A DNA stretch of 64,000 nucleotides from Callorhinchus milii. Lineage: Eukaryota. The translations under genes were made by a program, and so were the position numbers. Under the pieces are notes generated by a model, which searched no databases, was not told where the DNA came from, and was given only the letters and a program-made list of their open reading frames with translations. Location of the stretch: NCBI RefSeq assembly GCF_018977255.1, contig NW_024704742.1:79796001-79860000 (forward strand), given 5' to 3'. Numbering within the stretch: the first letter of the stretch is position 1; every line of letters starts with the position of its first letter. This document shows positions 25,124 to 37,734 of the stretch, one piece after another.

Positions 25124-26578
25124 CATCACCTAAAAGGGATACTTGTTCTCATTACAAATAGGACAATAACATGCAAACATGCAACAGAAAGTCTTGAAGT
25201 AAGCAATGGAAAATTCCAAAGGGACTGAAAGCAATTTAGAAATTCATTAACCGTTTCCTTCACAACAAAGAAACAAAACCAAAGACAGACGGAAGATGAA
25301 ATGTACAAAAAAGAAGTGAAGAAGCTCAGTTACTTCAATAATGTGCTGTTCGCTGAAATAGTAAGTAGTATTGAAAAACAACAAAATGACATGGAAAAAC
25401 TCATTAAAAAATCTGTTATTAGAAGCATTAATTTACTTTCTTGAACATAAATAATATTAAGTATTTAGAAAGACTTTAAAAGAAACATCTAATGCAATCA
25501 AGACATTACTGCTTTCAGTTCTATCCTTCTGAAGACTGAATAGATAACATGCAGTGAAGCTAAACACTGAAAGAATGTACAAAATAGAATTTAACCATAT
25601 CACACCAGTGTAAGAAAGTGAGTGACTGCCAAGCCATGTACTCTCCATGAAGACCAAATATTTCATCAACAGTGATGTTGTACATTTTACATGCAAACTT
25701 ACAAATTTAACAGTTACTAGTTAACTGACTTTAGTCAATTATGAACGGTCAATCTCTTTTTCTAACAAAACCTTGTGATTTCCGATTTTAAATATCTAAA
25801 GTTGGGCAGTGCAAAACATATTTAGTGTGATATAGGTGTACATAAAGATGAGAAAAATCACTGTTAGAAAAACACAAACATATACACACTAGTTACTGAC
25901 TTGGCAAACAAATGAGGTATATCGGCAACAGTTAAATTTAACTGTGTGAATTGAGCATTAACTTCCAAGCAGAAGAGCGGGAATTCAAAGCCCAACTTTG
26001 GCTCAAAACTTCAAATATACCAATTAACTCTGTGCAGGTTTTGCTCAGTCTTGGCAAGGCCACTTTCACTGAATGAATGGCACAGCAAAAAGTTGGTCCA
26101 TTTCAGCAAAGATGAAAAACTGGTACCTGGCAGCATTCTGCAAAGGCACACCACTCGTCAGCTGATCATGACGGTGGGGAAATGGCAAATACATAACCAA
26201 ACATGTGTTGAAAGTTATTGATAGCATTTAGAACACAAGCAGGACATCATGTTAGTCCATCTAGAAGATGTTGGGAGTTCAGTTGAACTTTTGATAATGT
26301 TCACTGTGATCAGAATAACTGATGTTTGAAAAACCGTGAAGCCTAATTATAATGTGCCAAGTACGGTTTCATTGTATCGCTACACATGGAGGGCGGAGCA
26401 AGGAAAATACCTCAGCCAACCATGTAATGGGTAAATAGAGAAATAAGAAAAGCAGGATATCCTGAGCAGAGCACAGGGCAAAGGCTTCCCCAGAATGAGC
26501 CCAGTCTATAAGGACAGAAAGGTACAAGTAGTAACAGTGAAATTCCTGGAGGATGGCAGATTCCTCACTGGCACCTAC

Positions 26579-26659
26579 CATTGGCTTCATCTCTCCCCCA
26601 CTACCACCTCTCCCTTGATCAGCATCCCTCAATGCTTTTCGACTGTTTTCCACATACTC
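26579..26659 (-). CDS. SLC44A1: SLC44A1 exon 15 (EYVENSRKALRDADQGRGGSGGEMKPM)
   Basis: 81 nt, ttgcag / gtaggt; ends in KPM like mammalian CTL1 just before its alternative C-termini. Confidence 0.95.
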
Positions 26660-27978
26660 CTGCAACAGAAACAGAAACTCACTGAAAGGTAAAAAGGAAT
26701 TGCAGAATTTCTGTAAGCACGATCGGGATAATTTTTTAAGCAACTCCCTAGGAGTGTTGTTAACAGAAACATATTAAAATGCATGATTCATAGCATAGCT
26801 AAATTTATTTGTGTTTATGGTGTACATCTCATGTAGAAAAGATGGTCAGGATGGCAAACATAAGCTCCCTCTGCCTTCAGAGGAGCACTCTTGTTGATGT
26901 TAGCTGGCCTTAGATGACAGCAACCACGCCACATGAGCGTTTGTGAAATCTTTCTGTGTGTTGAACTAGTTCCCTCCTTTGCCCACCAAAACAGACACTG
27001 CACTTGACAGGAATTAAATTCATTCTGTAAAGAGCATTGGAGACGTTTCAAAATTAACTGTGGAAGCCAATAGATAGTCTACCATTAAAATGGTACAACA
27101 GCTGCAGACATTCATGTTAGAGAAGAGAAGATTCCTTAACAAATTCAAGATCATAAAGATAGATAAAATAAACTATATGGAGTAGGCATTTTACAGTCAT
27201 AGAGCACTACAAAAAAGGAGCATGGACATCAAGCTCAGTAGTAGATAAGCAAACAGACAATTTATATTCAACAACAGAATGCAGACAACCAGGGAGGTAG
27301 TGGAAGCAGATTATGTCAGCAAATTCAAGAGAAATTAGATTATCATTTGGCAAAGAAACTGGTGAAGAGTACGATTTTTTCCACATGGACTACAATTGTA
27401 TTTTGCGTTGCTTTACTTTTCCTGTACTCATATACAGGCTGACTAATGGCGTTAGATCCTGGGGTTCGTTATAAATGTTTAAATGCTGAAATGGCCGAAC
27501 ATTACACATGGTGAGCAATCATTTATTGAAGGAGGAAGAGGAGCGGGAGTTTGGGGTGAGGTGAGGGGAGCGGGTTGTGCGAATAGCCACCCCAGCTCTC
27601 TCTCATTCTCTGGTGCTTGTGTGGATTGGTTTGCTGGTTCGTTGCCGATCGCCCCAGTTATTGGCTGCCGAGCACTCATTTGATTGACTGCGAGAACCCC
27701 GCCTTGATTTACTACAAGGCCCCCTGTGACTGACTGTTGAATACCCCCACTATTTTGACTTGATTGCAGATTGTTATATCAGGGGCTGTTCTGATTCATT
27801 GATCGCTGTACCGGGGTAAGAATCAACAGGAAAAACAGGTGTTTCAATGTCGAGTTCGCTATTACCAGAATGATGGTAATAACTAGGCGTCGTTATACAG
27901 TCTGCAACACTATATTTCAAGAAATTGTAAGCAAACCAATGCATTACATTAATTCCTCAGGAAACATCACTCACTTAC

Positions 27979-28215
27979 CATTAAAGATTTATCCATGTAG
28001 AACTCTCGCCCCGGGGTTCCATCGTTGTACTTTGTGTCAATGGCGAAACACAGGAAGAGAACATCTACCACCATTTCATATATGGAGAGGAAACAGTGTG
28101 CCACAAAGAAACCAAACAGGCAAACGATAATGAGGGGCAGGGCCCACACTGTATAATCTTGTTGGTGATTCAGAAGCAAAATCCCAATAAAGCCTGTGCT
28201 GCACACGATGAGAAC
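27979..28215 (-). CDS. SLC44A1: SLC44A1 exon 14 ([11 protein letters not shown]...[34 protein letters not shown])
   Basis: 237 nt, tttcag / gtaagt; part of ORF 27967..28317. Confidence 0.97.
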
Positions 28216-28484
28216 CTGAAATAACAAACATGAGCCCATTGATAGGTAAGCCTTTAAACAATCACAACAACATTCGCAATAAGTTTCCACACTTACTTTT
28301 TTTATACAGAAGACCATTCTTCTTCATCTCCTCCAATAATAATAATAATAATATTACTTGCACCTTCTACGTCAGGAGAATATATCAAAGTGCTTCACAG
28401 GAGTTGCTGTGAACTTTAATACATTTTCTAACCATATATTGTGAAGTTAATATTTATAAAGTATTTAATAACAGTTTTGACCCT

Positions 28485-28607
28485 CTTGCCTTCCCCGCAG
28501 CTCGGGAGGAATTTCCTGATAGACTGCAGCAGCGCCGGCATGATTTCCACTCTCTCAATGAGCCGCAGTCTGTCAGAAAGACCCTCCCGAGCTGAGGGGA
28601 AGGCAAG
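28485..28607. repeat. Long inverted repeat (46-bp arms, 31-nt loop)
   Basis: Arms 28485-28530 and 28562-28607, 39/46 complementary by manual alignment. Confidence 0.9.
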
Positions 28608-28694
28608 CCTTCTCCTAACCAACCAGGTCCTCCAAACCCCTAGCTCCTGCCACCCTACGAGCAGCTACCGCTGCAGGTAGTGAGCTGTGAGGCT

Positions 28695-28863
28695 GACTGA
28701 GAGACAGAGAAGAAGAGAGTAGGGGGAGAGAGAGTGATTGAGAGAGAGAGTGAGTGAGAGAGGGAAAGTGATAGTGTGTGTGTGTGTGTGAGAGAGGGTA
28801 TAAGAGGGAGGGAGGTAGAGTAATTGAGAGTATGGGAGAGAAAAAAGGGAAAGTGAGAGTGAT

Positions 28864-28895
<32 letters not shown>

Positions 28896-28975
28896 CGATA
28901 GAGAGAGAGAGAGAAGGCATGAGGGAAAGGGTGAGAGAAAAACAGAGCGCGGGAGGCAGAGAGAGACAGGAGAAG
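28695..28975 (+). repeat. (GA)n/(GT)n low-complexity tract
   Basis: Directly visible. Confidence 0.9.
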
Positions 28976-29375
28976 TGAGGGCAGTGTTTTGTGGTTCATG
29001 TCAGGTCAGACGAACAGAGTCTCCCTCAGCAGTCGCGGGGGGAGAAGAGGGGGGAAGGGGCATCTGAGTACAGACAGCGAGTGACGAGCCGTGCAGTTTC
29101 CCCACAGAAAGCCCCCTCTTTCTCCCCCACCATCTCTGTAACTTGGCCGTATCCCTCGCCCAGTTCCATTCCCAGAGTTCCTTCGACTCGCTCTCTCCGT
29201 CCCCTCTTTTAAGGCATGTCAAGACCTAACTCTTTGTACTTTCGGTCATCTTTTCCCCTCCCACCCCATCTCCATCAACTCCCAACCCCAGTTCAGATTT
29301 CCAGCCAGCCATGTTTGAGGGCTTTGAGACATCCTTCCAGCGTGAAAAAGGCGCTGTTCAAAAGTTATGTTTAGC

Positions 29376-29471
29376 TTCTGGAAGGGAAACACAAAACGTC
29401 GCTTATGTGGCCGCAGACATTTCTCAAATGGAGATTCCGGCTCTCAGCAGCCAAAAGGTTGGACCACCATG
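29376..29471 (+). mobile_element. Partial second copy of the hAT MITE (right half and TIR)
   Basis: TTCTGGAAGGGAAACACAAAA...CAGCCAAAAGGTTGGACCACCATG matches about 6252-6349. Confidence 0.8.
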
Positions 29472-29887
29472 ATAGATAATAAATAAATAATAATAATATA
29501 ATGCAAAATAATCTACAATCTTTGTTCAAATACTGAATGTACCCACGTGTCAAGATAAGGATTTCAGAATTTCGCTATCGTGTGAAGCAGCTTTGTTCCT
29601 AGCAGTATAAATTGGAGCATTAGCTTGATATGTAAAGGCCCCTCAAATATCAAGTGAGAGGAAATATCAAGTGAGGTTATGGGGGGAAGAAGAAAGAGAT
29701 TGGAAATTAAATTAAATAGATGGTTTCAGCAACAAGATCAATAACACAAGTTAGGTCAGGTTACAAAACAAGTTGGAGTGTATCTGCAAATGCTTTCCAT
29801 TAATAACACGTGATTAAACACATTATTATACACATATTATAATTAATTTCTATTAATAATACATCCAGGAAAATGTAGAGATCAGAC

Positions 29888-30025
29888 CTTTCCCAAGAAC
29901 AGTACAAAGTCACCGACTGTGTTGATGGCAGCCACCCTCAAAGCGTTTTCCACGAGGATGACAAAGGCCTCCCTGGCTGAGGTACAGAAGCTGGTACTAT
30001 TGATGGCTGTTGCAGTGTATGCATT
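29888..30025 (-). CDS. SLC44A1: SLC44A1 exon 13 ([46 protein letters not shown])
   Basis: 138 nt, tgacag / gtctga; highly conserved CTL motif. Confidence 0.97.
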
Positions 30026-31356
30026 CTGTCAGAACAGAAAACAATTGTTTAAGCATTACAAAGGATTTAAACCTTGAAATTTAATCCCTGTTTACCCTTA
30101 TCAGAACTCTTCAGTATGAAAACCTGTCCCCTCTCTCAAGTACTATCATTTCAAAAATGTAATAATCAGCAGCAATTTAATAAGTATCAGGTAAATAGAG
30201 CTTAATATTCTAGTCAGCAGATGGCTGACTTTAATCCCTTGAGTGCTTATGAAAGCAAACCAGCAGCCAAAATTTTATGGATTGTAAAGCAGATGTATTT
30301 TGGATATGTTTTGAATATTTTTATATCAAAAACCTTTCTAGTGTGGCATAAACGTGACATAGGCCACTTCATAATAATAACTGCTGCATTTGATATAGCG
30401 CCTTATCACATCGCTTCACCAAATATACTGTAAAATTAATGGATTGTATAAATAGTGGGCAAAACACAGCAGCCAATTGCACTCAGCAGTGTGCCACTAA
30501 CAGTCATGGATTGAATGACCAAATTAGTTATTTTTATTTGAAGGGAAAGTGATCCGTCAATCAAGTAACAATAGAGTTCCTACTGACTGCCAGGTAAACA
30601 TTGGTTAAAATTCACGTATATTAAAACTCAAATTATTTTGTGAGAGAAAGCTCCCTCATTTCCATCAGATTGAGGATACAATTTCAACAAGTTATTTTCT
30701 GAATTGTTCTGCAAGAACATGGGCACAATTTGCATCGTACTGGTCGGGCTGCCTGCCACGTGAGGACCTTTCCGTTGCTGAACTGTGTGAAAGATGTGCA
30801 GCCACATAGCATTCAATAGCTGCTTTTTAACATGGTAATCCTATTAAAAATGAGGTCCTAATGCTTTCTCACAAGAAATATACATATACTCCAGTTGAAA
30901 TGATAACACCTATAAACTCTCAAACATGTGTAACAAACAGTAAGTAGAACTGGATTCCAAAAATTTGTTTGCCAATTTTCTCCTTACTGAATGAGTTTGA
31001 CCTTTTTTATTCCTATGCAAGACTACAGTTCCAGTCAATGGTTCCTGATCATCCTTCAATACCTCACCAAGTGACTCATATACAAATGAGTCTTAACAGC
31101 AAGCTTTGGTAAGCTATTAAGCTATTCAACAGGAACTGAAAGGCATCATAACCTAACCCATGCTCCCCTTATCTTGTGTCTACCTCTTTCCAAAAAGAGG
31201 CCTCCAGACAGAAACCCGGAGTGGAAATTTTGGCAATTTTCTCTACCCTACCTCAGAGCACTCCGAGACGTTCTCCTAAAGGGTAAGTTGTTGTGTCAGG
31301 GGTACTGAAGCCAATGATACTGGACAGGGAGAGACTGGGGGTTACATACTCTAACT

Positions 31357-31710
31357 GGGATCCTGTAGGTTAGAGCGCTTGCCTCGCAAGTGAGAAGACC
31401 TGGGTTCGATCCCAGGCAGGGCAAAACTTTGGGCAAGTTTGCTCACTCCACACTCCTCGGTTCACTAAGCAGCAAGTTGGAACCCAGTTGTTAGTCGATT
31501 GGTGGATCGCTCTCTGGGGATAATAATTCCTTCAAATAAATGTGGACACTCAACCCACAACTGTTTGTGTGACGCTGCTGTGCTTAATTGGCTGCCGCGT
31601 TTCGCCCACAAAATATACTCAATTTACTTCACAGTATATTCTGTGAAGCGCTTTGAGATGTCTCGAATATGTGATAAAGCGCTATGTCAGATGCAAGGAT
31701 TATTATTATT
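31357..31710 (+). mobile_element. tRNA-derived SINE, long variant
   Basis: B box GGTTCGATCCC; extra internal ~60-bp segment (..GTTGTTAGTCGATTGGTGGATCGC..); (TTA)n tail. Confidence 0.88.
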
Positions 31711-31814
31711 AATTCAATTTAGATCAACTAATTCAGCATAGATTCGCTGTTAGGATTTGAGTTTTCTTCTGTAAGGCAAAATGCTGCACCTGGCCATCAG
31801 GAGAACAAATCAAA

Positions 31815-31925
31815 TAAATAATAATAATCCTTGCATTTGATATAGCACTTTTCAGTTTTCTAGACACCTCAAAGCGCTTCACAGCATAAACTGTAAAGTG
31901 AATTGACTGTATATTTACGGGCGAA
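31815..31925 (-). mobile_element. SINE 3' fragment
   Basis: Family tail. Confidence 0.8.
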
Positions 31926-32038
31926 TATTCTTTCAGAACAGATAATGGAAAAACAAGGAAATTATATTTGTATCAGAATTTTGGGGGCAATAAGAATAGC
32001 CTGTGTGAGCAAAGTAAAAAATAAAAATTAAACCCGAC

Positions 32039-32122
32039 CTGATTCAGAAAATTGAGGCACTTCTCCAAACACCAGAGACAGCAGATGCAAGACTTCAGCA
32101 TGCACCTGGCACATGCATTCTC
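32039..32122 (-). CDS. SLC44A1: SLC44A1 exon 12 ([28 protein letters not shown])
   Basis: 84 nt, ctgcag / gtcggg; Cys-rich CTL motif. Confidence 0.97.
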
Positions 32123-32239
32123 CTGCAGGAGAGAATAAAAACATCTGCAAAGTTAAAGTGGGTCTTCAACCTCAAGAACTGTCAGTTAAACTTAAAAGGC
32201 AAATGTCAACATGAAATTCTTGCTGGTCTTTTTTCATAC

Positions 32240-32396
32240 CTTGCCTTTCAGCTTGCTGTGAATATACATTAGGATCAGTCGTGGGATCTTTACCAGTGTG
32301 ATGATGAAGGAACCTTTGGCCACAGTTCCCATATGGTACCGAATTATACGGAATATTGAAGTAACTATGGGGGTCGCTGGCAAGTTTTTCTTATCC
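32240..32396 (-). CDS. SLC44A1: SLC44A1 exon 11 ([11 protein letters not shown]...[34 protein letters not shown])
   Basis: 157 nt, ctatag / gtatga; CTL family RYHxGTVAxGS motif. Confidence 0.97.
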
Positions 32397-32502
32397 CTAT
32401 AGAAAAGGGGGAGAATGGAGAGGAGGTAAAAAAATCATGTTTGATATTACAGGAAAACCTTCATCCATAAATGCCCTAAATAGCCTTAAAAATTCCCTTA
32501 TT

Positions 32503-32613
32503 GTTTTGCCCACAAAATAGAGTCAATTAATTTTACAGTATATTCTGTGAAGAGCTTTGAGATGTCTCAAAGAGGTGATAAGGCACTATATCAAATGCAA
32601 GGATTGTTATTAT
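32503..32613 (+). mobile_element. SINE 3' fragment
   Basis: Family tail. Confidence 0.8.
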
Positions 32614-34113
32614 TCTTGATTACTACTATATTTTCAACTGTGACTGTGTGAAGAATGGAGTACAAAATGAGGGCTTGGGGAAAGAAAGTAGCTTCATGAT
32701 GATAAGGAAAAATGGGGAGAGCCAAAGGGACAAATACATGAAAATAGTAATTGGCATGGGCTGAATAGTGAAAACAAGTTACAAAAGGGAAGCAGACAAG
32801 ATTTAACCATCAATTTAATATTTTTTTGTGAAATTTCTGATTCAGCTTTGAAAGGCGAGGGTCAGGTCCCAGGGGTTTCAGGAGTAATAGCTGGAAGTTA
32901 AGACCAAGACCAACTCCCAGCGATTGCTTCAGGTTAAGTCTGAGACCAGCCCACCTAGATGCTTGGTCACAATTGTATCAGGCACAAGTTTGTCCTCAGC
33001 CAACATTGCATCAGAGATCCTAACTGGAGATTTACAGCAGGGCAATGGAGAAGCAGCGAGGAGCCGACATATATATTATAGACCCCTTGAGAAAGTCAAG
33101 ATGATGGGTCTCTTGCCAGCAAGTATGCAAGCTTAAAAAAAAAATCGATTATACAAAACCATGAAACAAATAGGATTTAATTTTCCTAGAAAATAATAAT
33201 TAAATCATTCACATGGAGACAAAATAATTTAACATCCTTATGTATGACTTTAATCTCCTTAATATGTTCCCCAGAGGGTGGTCCGATTCCCAATTGAGGT
33301 ACAGAAAGCTGTTTGTGGACACCTTCAACAACTGGTTCCTAACACAGCATGTTCAGCACTATCGCAGCACATTAGTACTAGTGCGGAGGAGGGGTGGGGG
33401 AAGTGGCATGGGCAGGACAAAAATGCACGAAGGAAAATCTAACAAGTTGGAACATTTCAAAAGTTGGCATTATGATATAAATAAAACCCACAAATGAAAA
33501 TGAGTGGTTTACACACGAGAGGCCTTGTGCTACTCCGAACTGTATTGACTGTTGCCTGATGATGATTAAGCGGCAAACATTAAACGGCAACATTAGAAAT
33601 TAACAATTAAAGGTGTGCGCCTAATACTCTCCAGAATTATGTAAGCAGGATACATCTCTCTGAGCTGAGTGTGTGCATTTCATTCCAAACATGGGAATTT
33701 CCACACGTAGATGAGATATGTGGAACTTTGTTGGCTTACTCTTAAGCATGGTGATGGGTTTCCACATATATTGGACATTCAACTCACACAAAAAAATTGT
33801 AGTCTTGACTTCAGAACTAAAAGGCCTGCAGTAAATTATGTTGGGGCTAGATTTGAAGTTGTAATGCAGAAGAAGAAACAGTGAATGGATCATGTCACTG
33901 TATCATGGGGCACTAAATTTAACTGTACTTTATTTGCAAGTTTAAAAAAAATGCCTACTTTACAAAACCATGAAACAAAAGGATTTAATTTTCCCAGAAA
34001 ATAATAATTAAACATACAGACGTGCTTGTCAGAAATAAATATTCAACCAAAACATAAAGCACAATCTGAAACTGAAATTCTTAGCTTTGTTTGAATCAAA
34101 TGCCACAACCATA

Positions 34114-34127
34114 CCACAAGATGGCGA
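34114..34127 (+). promoter_or_regulatory. CTCF/YY1-like motif
   Basis: CCACAAGATGGCGA in SLC44A1 intron 10; motif match only. Confidence 0.35.
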
Positions 34128-34974
34128 CATGAACAATGCAAGACGATATACTCATCGCATCATTATTATTATTATTATTATTATATGTTAACATTTCCCT
34201 CCAGATTCTGCAATGTGTAATCCCAATAATTGTATGCGGAATTTGCCGACTTCAATTCACTCCAAAGCAAAGACTCTTTAATGACCAGTTAGTTTTGCCC
34301 ATGTTGCCACTGGCAATAAATGCGCAGAAATATTGCCCTTGCAGTCTGAGTTATATTGTCCTCTTGGGGGAAAGTGAAATCATATTGTGCACTTGTACAA
34401 TATTGCTCTTAATCACAGCACTGAAATGAATTTCCGTTCTAAAAGGGTTTGGCATTGGTGGAAATTGATTTTTCCGCATGATTTTTGACAGTTTGGATTA
34501 TCTCCACCTCTAGAAATTTAAATTCAAAGTGGAATCACATCATTACATGGGTGTTTTTGATTTATGCTACTGATATCAGTTACCACAATAAAAAAAATGA
34601 AATCAGATATTTGAGGCACTGTCTTTGTATGACATGACCATTGGAAGGCTGACTATTAATTCTTGTGGGACCGTACAATAAAACCTTAAGCTGCAAGATT
34701 CAGTGTTGGCGCCAGTGTTTCAGGAGCAAAGAGGTACCTAAAATTCTCAGTTGCACTGGAAAACAAAAAAATGCAACCCAGAACAGCAGCTCAGATCAAA
34801 GCAGGCAGTCCATAGATCGAGACAATTTTAACAAAATGCACAAAAAGAACATTTATAACCCATTCCCACTTGGAACCCATTTTGCAAAAGCAATGACTGT
34901 TAGGGAGAAAGAAGCAAGCTGTTAAAATTGAAAAAGGAATTATCTTCTACTGTTGAGAAAATTGTAACCACTAA

Positions 34975-35243
34975 ATAGTAATAATAATAATAATCCTTGC
35001 ATTTGATATAGCGCTTTTCACATCTTCTCGACGTCTCAAAGCGCTTCACAGAATATACTGTAAAGTGAATTGACTGTATATTTGTGGGCGAAACACGACA
35101 GCCAATTGCACACAGCAATATCCCACAAACAGTCATGGATTGCAAATGACCAATTTATTATTGTTTTTTTTTGGTGGGATTATTAATAGGCGTGTGCAGT
35201 AAGGAAATTTGCCCAAGGTTTCGCCCTGCCTGTAATTGTAACC
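34975..35243 (-). mobile_element. SINE, short variant, 5'-truncated
   Basis: Matches 67-394 from the B box onward. Confidence 0.85.
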
Positions 35244-35448
35244 CTCATTGAGAGTCGGAAGAGTAGACAAGTCACCAATTCTGTGAACCCAAACTAACAG
35301 GCACAACTGTTGTAGCTTGACAAATACTATCCGGTTGCATTCTTTGCGATGTCTAATTCAGATAATAGAAAAATACTTCTTCACATTAGGGACCAATGAA
35401 GTACAAGAGAGGAAATGTGACAACAGGTATTTCTCGAAAATGTCTTAC

Positions 35449-35614
35449 CTTGTAAAATAGTAGGTTACCACAGCACTAGCCACTGTCATCTGCTGACAGG
35501 CCAGAATGAACTCACTGATCCAGATCAGGCCAACCAGATGATAAATCCACATATATTGAAGGGGACCTGACATTTTAAATTCCACAAGACCTTGCTCATC
35601 TAGAACTTGATCTC
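35449..35614 (-). CDS. SLC44A1: SLC44A1 exon 10 ([12 protein letters not shown]...[26 protein letters not shown])
   Basis: 166 nt, tcatag / gtaaga; part of ORF 35445..35753. Confidence 0.97.
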
Positions 35615-35844
35615 CTATGAACATAATGTAAAATATGTTTTGGGTCTCATTTAAAAAACATGAAACTATATGAAAAACATGGATCCAAATACATCGATGG
35701 GGTGGAGGAGGGGAGTGTGAACCGAAGGAGTGCCTTGCTTTCTCTTGGTGCAACTTTGGACAAGAGAGTTAGTAGTGATCACATACTGGAATTTCTAATC
35801 TATACATGCATCTGTAAAGACTCAGAAGAACATGCAGTTGTACA

Positions 35845-36355
35845 CCTCTGCAGCTTGTGTCCTCTCTTGCACCAAGTTCCTCGAGCCGATCACACCCATC
35901 CTCGCCCATTTTCACTGGCTTCCCATCCCCCAGAGGATCGAGTTCAAGATCCTTGGTCTCAGTTTAAAGCTCTCCATGGTCTTGACCTTTCCTACCTCTA
36001 TGACTTGCTAATACCTTACCAACCTGCCCACTCCTTCTGCTTGCAGCCAATGGTCTGCTTCATAAGCCCAGCCCTGCCTGCCTCAAACTTCAGTGGTCAG
36101 GCCTTCAGCTTTTTTGCCCCCATTCTCTGGAACTCCTTCCCATAATGCCTTCACTTCACCATCTCCCTTGTCTCCTTCAAGGCCCAACTCAAAACTTTTC
36201 TCTTTGACTATGCCTTTGGTCATCCTCCCATCTCCACCCACCTTGCCTTCAATCCTTCTTATTCCAACCCCCAGCTCAGGTGCAAACCCTTGACTGTCCA
36301 ACTTGAGACATCCTCCCAATGTGAAAGGCGCTATATAAATGCAGTTTGTTGTTTG
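35845..36355 (+). mobile_element. L2 3' fragment
   Basis: Degraded HWLP..RIEFK and AFSFFAPILWNSFP, plus tail. Confidence 0.8.
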
Positions 36356-36644
36356 TGGTCGCCATCACATCATTGAGATGTCCCCAAATTCTTCACAGCA
36401 TTTTACTGTGAAATATAGCAAATGTATATTTGTAGGCAAAAGATAGTATCTAATTCTAGTGGCTTCGGGGGCCAAACAGGACAGGCTATTATTTCTATAA
36501 TTGCATGGAATCCTAAGAATAGAAACATATTTCCAACATGGAAGAAGCCCTCTGTACATTTGCAGTACGTGTTCTGAAAGGGAGAGGGAAAGAGAAATGG
36601 TAGAACGTAGGTCCATAAAAGGATGCAATTTGATAATATCCTAC

Positions 36645-36831
36645 CTGCAGTACCCAGGAAAAGGAGAATCATGACCCAGTATACCCAGAAAAGTATAAGG
36701 GCCAGGAAAGTCCAAAGTGGCTGTAAGACTAGGAATGGAAGATGAATGAAGACTTTCCCTGCCACATGGAACAAGGAGATGGTAAGAGCCACACGTTTCC
36801 TCATGATTAGGATAAGGAGCAGTAAAATGAC
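36645..36831 (-). CDS. SLC44A1: SLC44A1 exon 9 ([28 protein letters not shown]...LLFLGTA)
   Basis: 187 nt, ttttag / gtagga; CTL family RKRVALTI motif. Confidence 0.97.
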
Positions 36832-37734
36832 CTAAAAAATAAAACAAAAAGTCACACATTTCCTCATTCAGAATTAAACATTATTAAGTTAATTAAATAA
36901 AGGGGTGTCCCCAAGGTCCCTATTAATGCTACTCTATCCCATTTTCCTGGCAAACTGTAAATCACTTGTCAAACCAAATCACATTGCTCTTGCAAATTGC
37001 GAGAACTTTAAACGTTATTGGTAATGAATAGGATAGGACAAGCTGAAGAGTCATCCCCTAGCTAGGAATTATGCAACGTTAAGCAGCTAAATAAATAGAC
37101 AATTGCTCCAAAACAAAAAAGATGCTGAGAGAAGGAAAAATGACTTAGCGAGCAACAAATTCCCATGAGTATTAGTACTCTGCAGCTTAAGGCTATCATA
37201 CTGATACCTGCAGTTCCATTACAAACATCTTCTCAAAAAGAATTTTGTCAAGGATTCAAACAACTACACAATTGCACATCAGATAAGTTCGTAAATGATT
37301 CTCCTGGCTTGCCTGTACATCACTCAGCCATACAAACCGTAAAATCGCAGGTTTAAATCCCAATTTATGGTGAGTTAGGTGACCTCAGTTAGGGTGTTGA
37401 TAACAGTTTCAACAAATTGCATTTGAAGCTTTTGAAATGACATAAGGAATTACAAAAATGCATGTCCATGCAGAAATATGGCAAAACAAGTCATGGAAAG
37501 TAAAACATACATTATCACATAGTTACAGTACAATCAGCAGCACCTTTCTACTACATCTGATCTGTCTGCAATGTAACCTATATTATGTACAAAAAGATTC
37601 ATTTCCTTCAGCAGTGAGCTAAATAGGTGATATTTTCTGCAATAAACTCCTAGAGTATTGTGCTATAAGTTGAACCTGCTCTTATATCATAACTATCAAA
37701 TCAGATTCTATTGATGTTGAACAGACTGTCCAAC

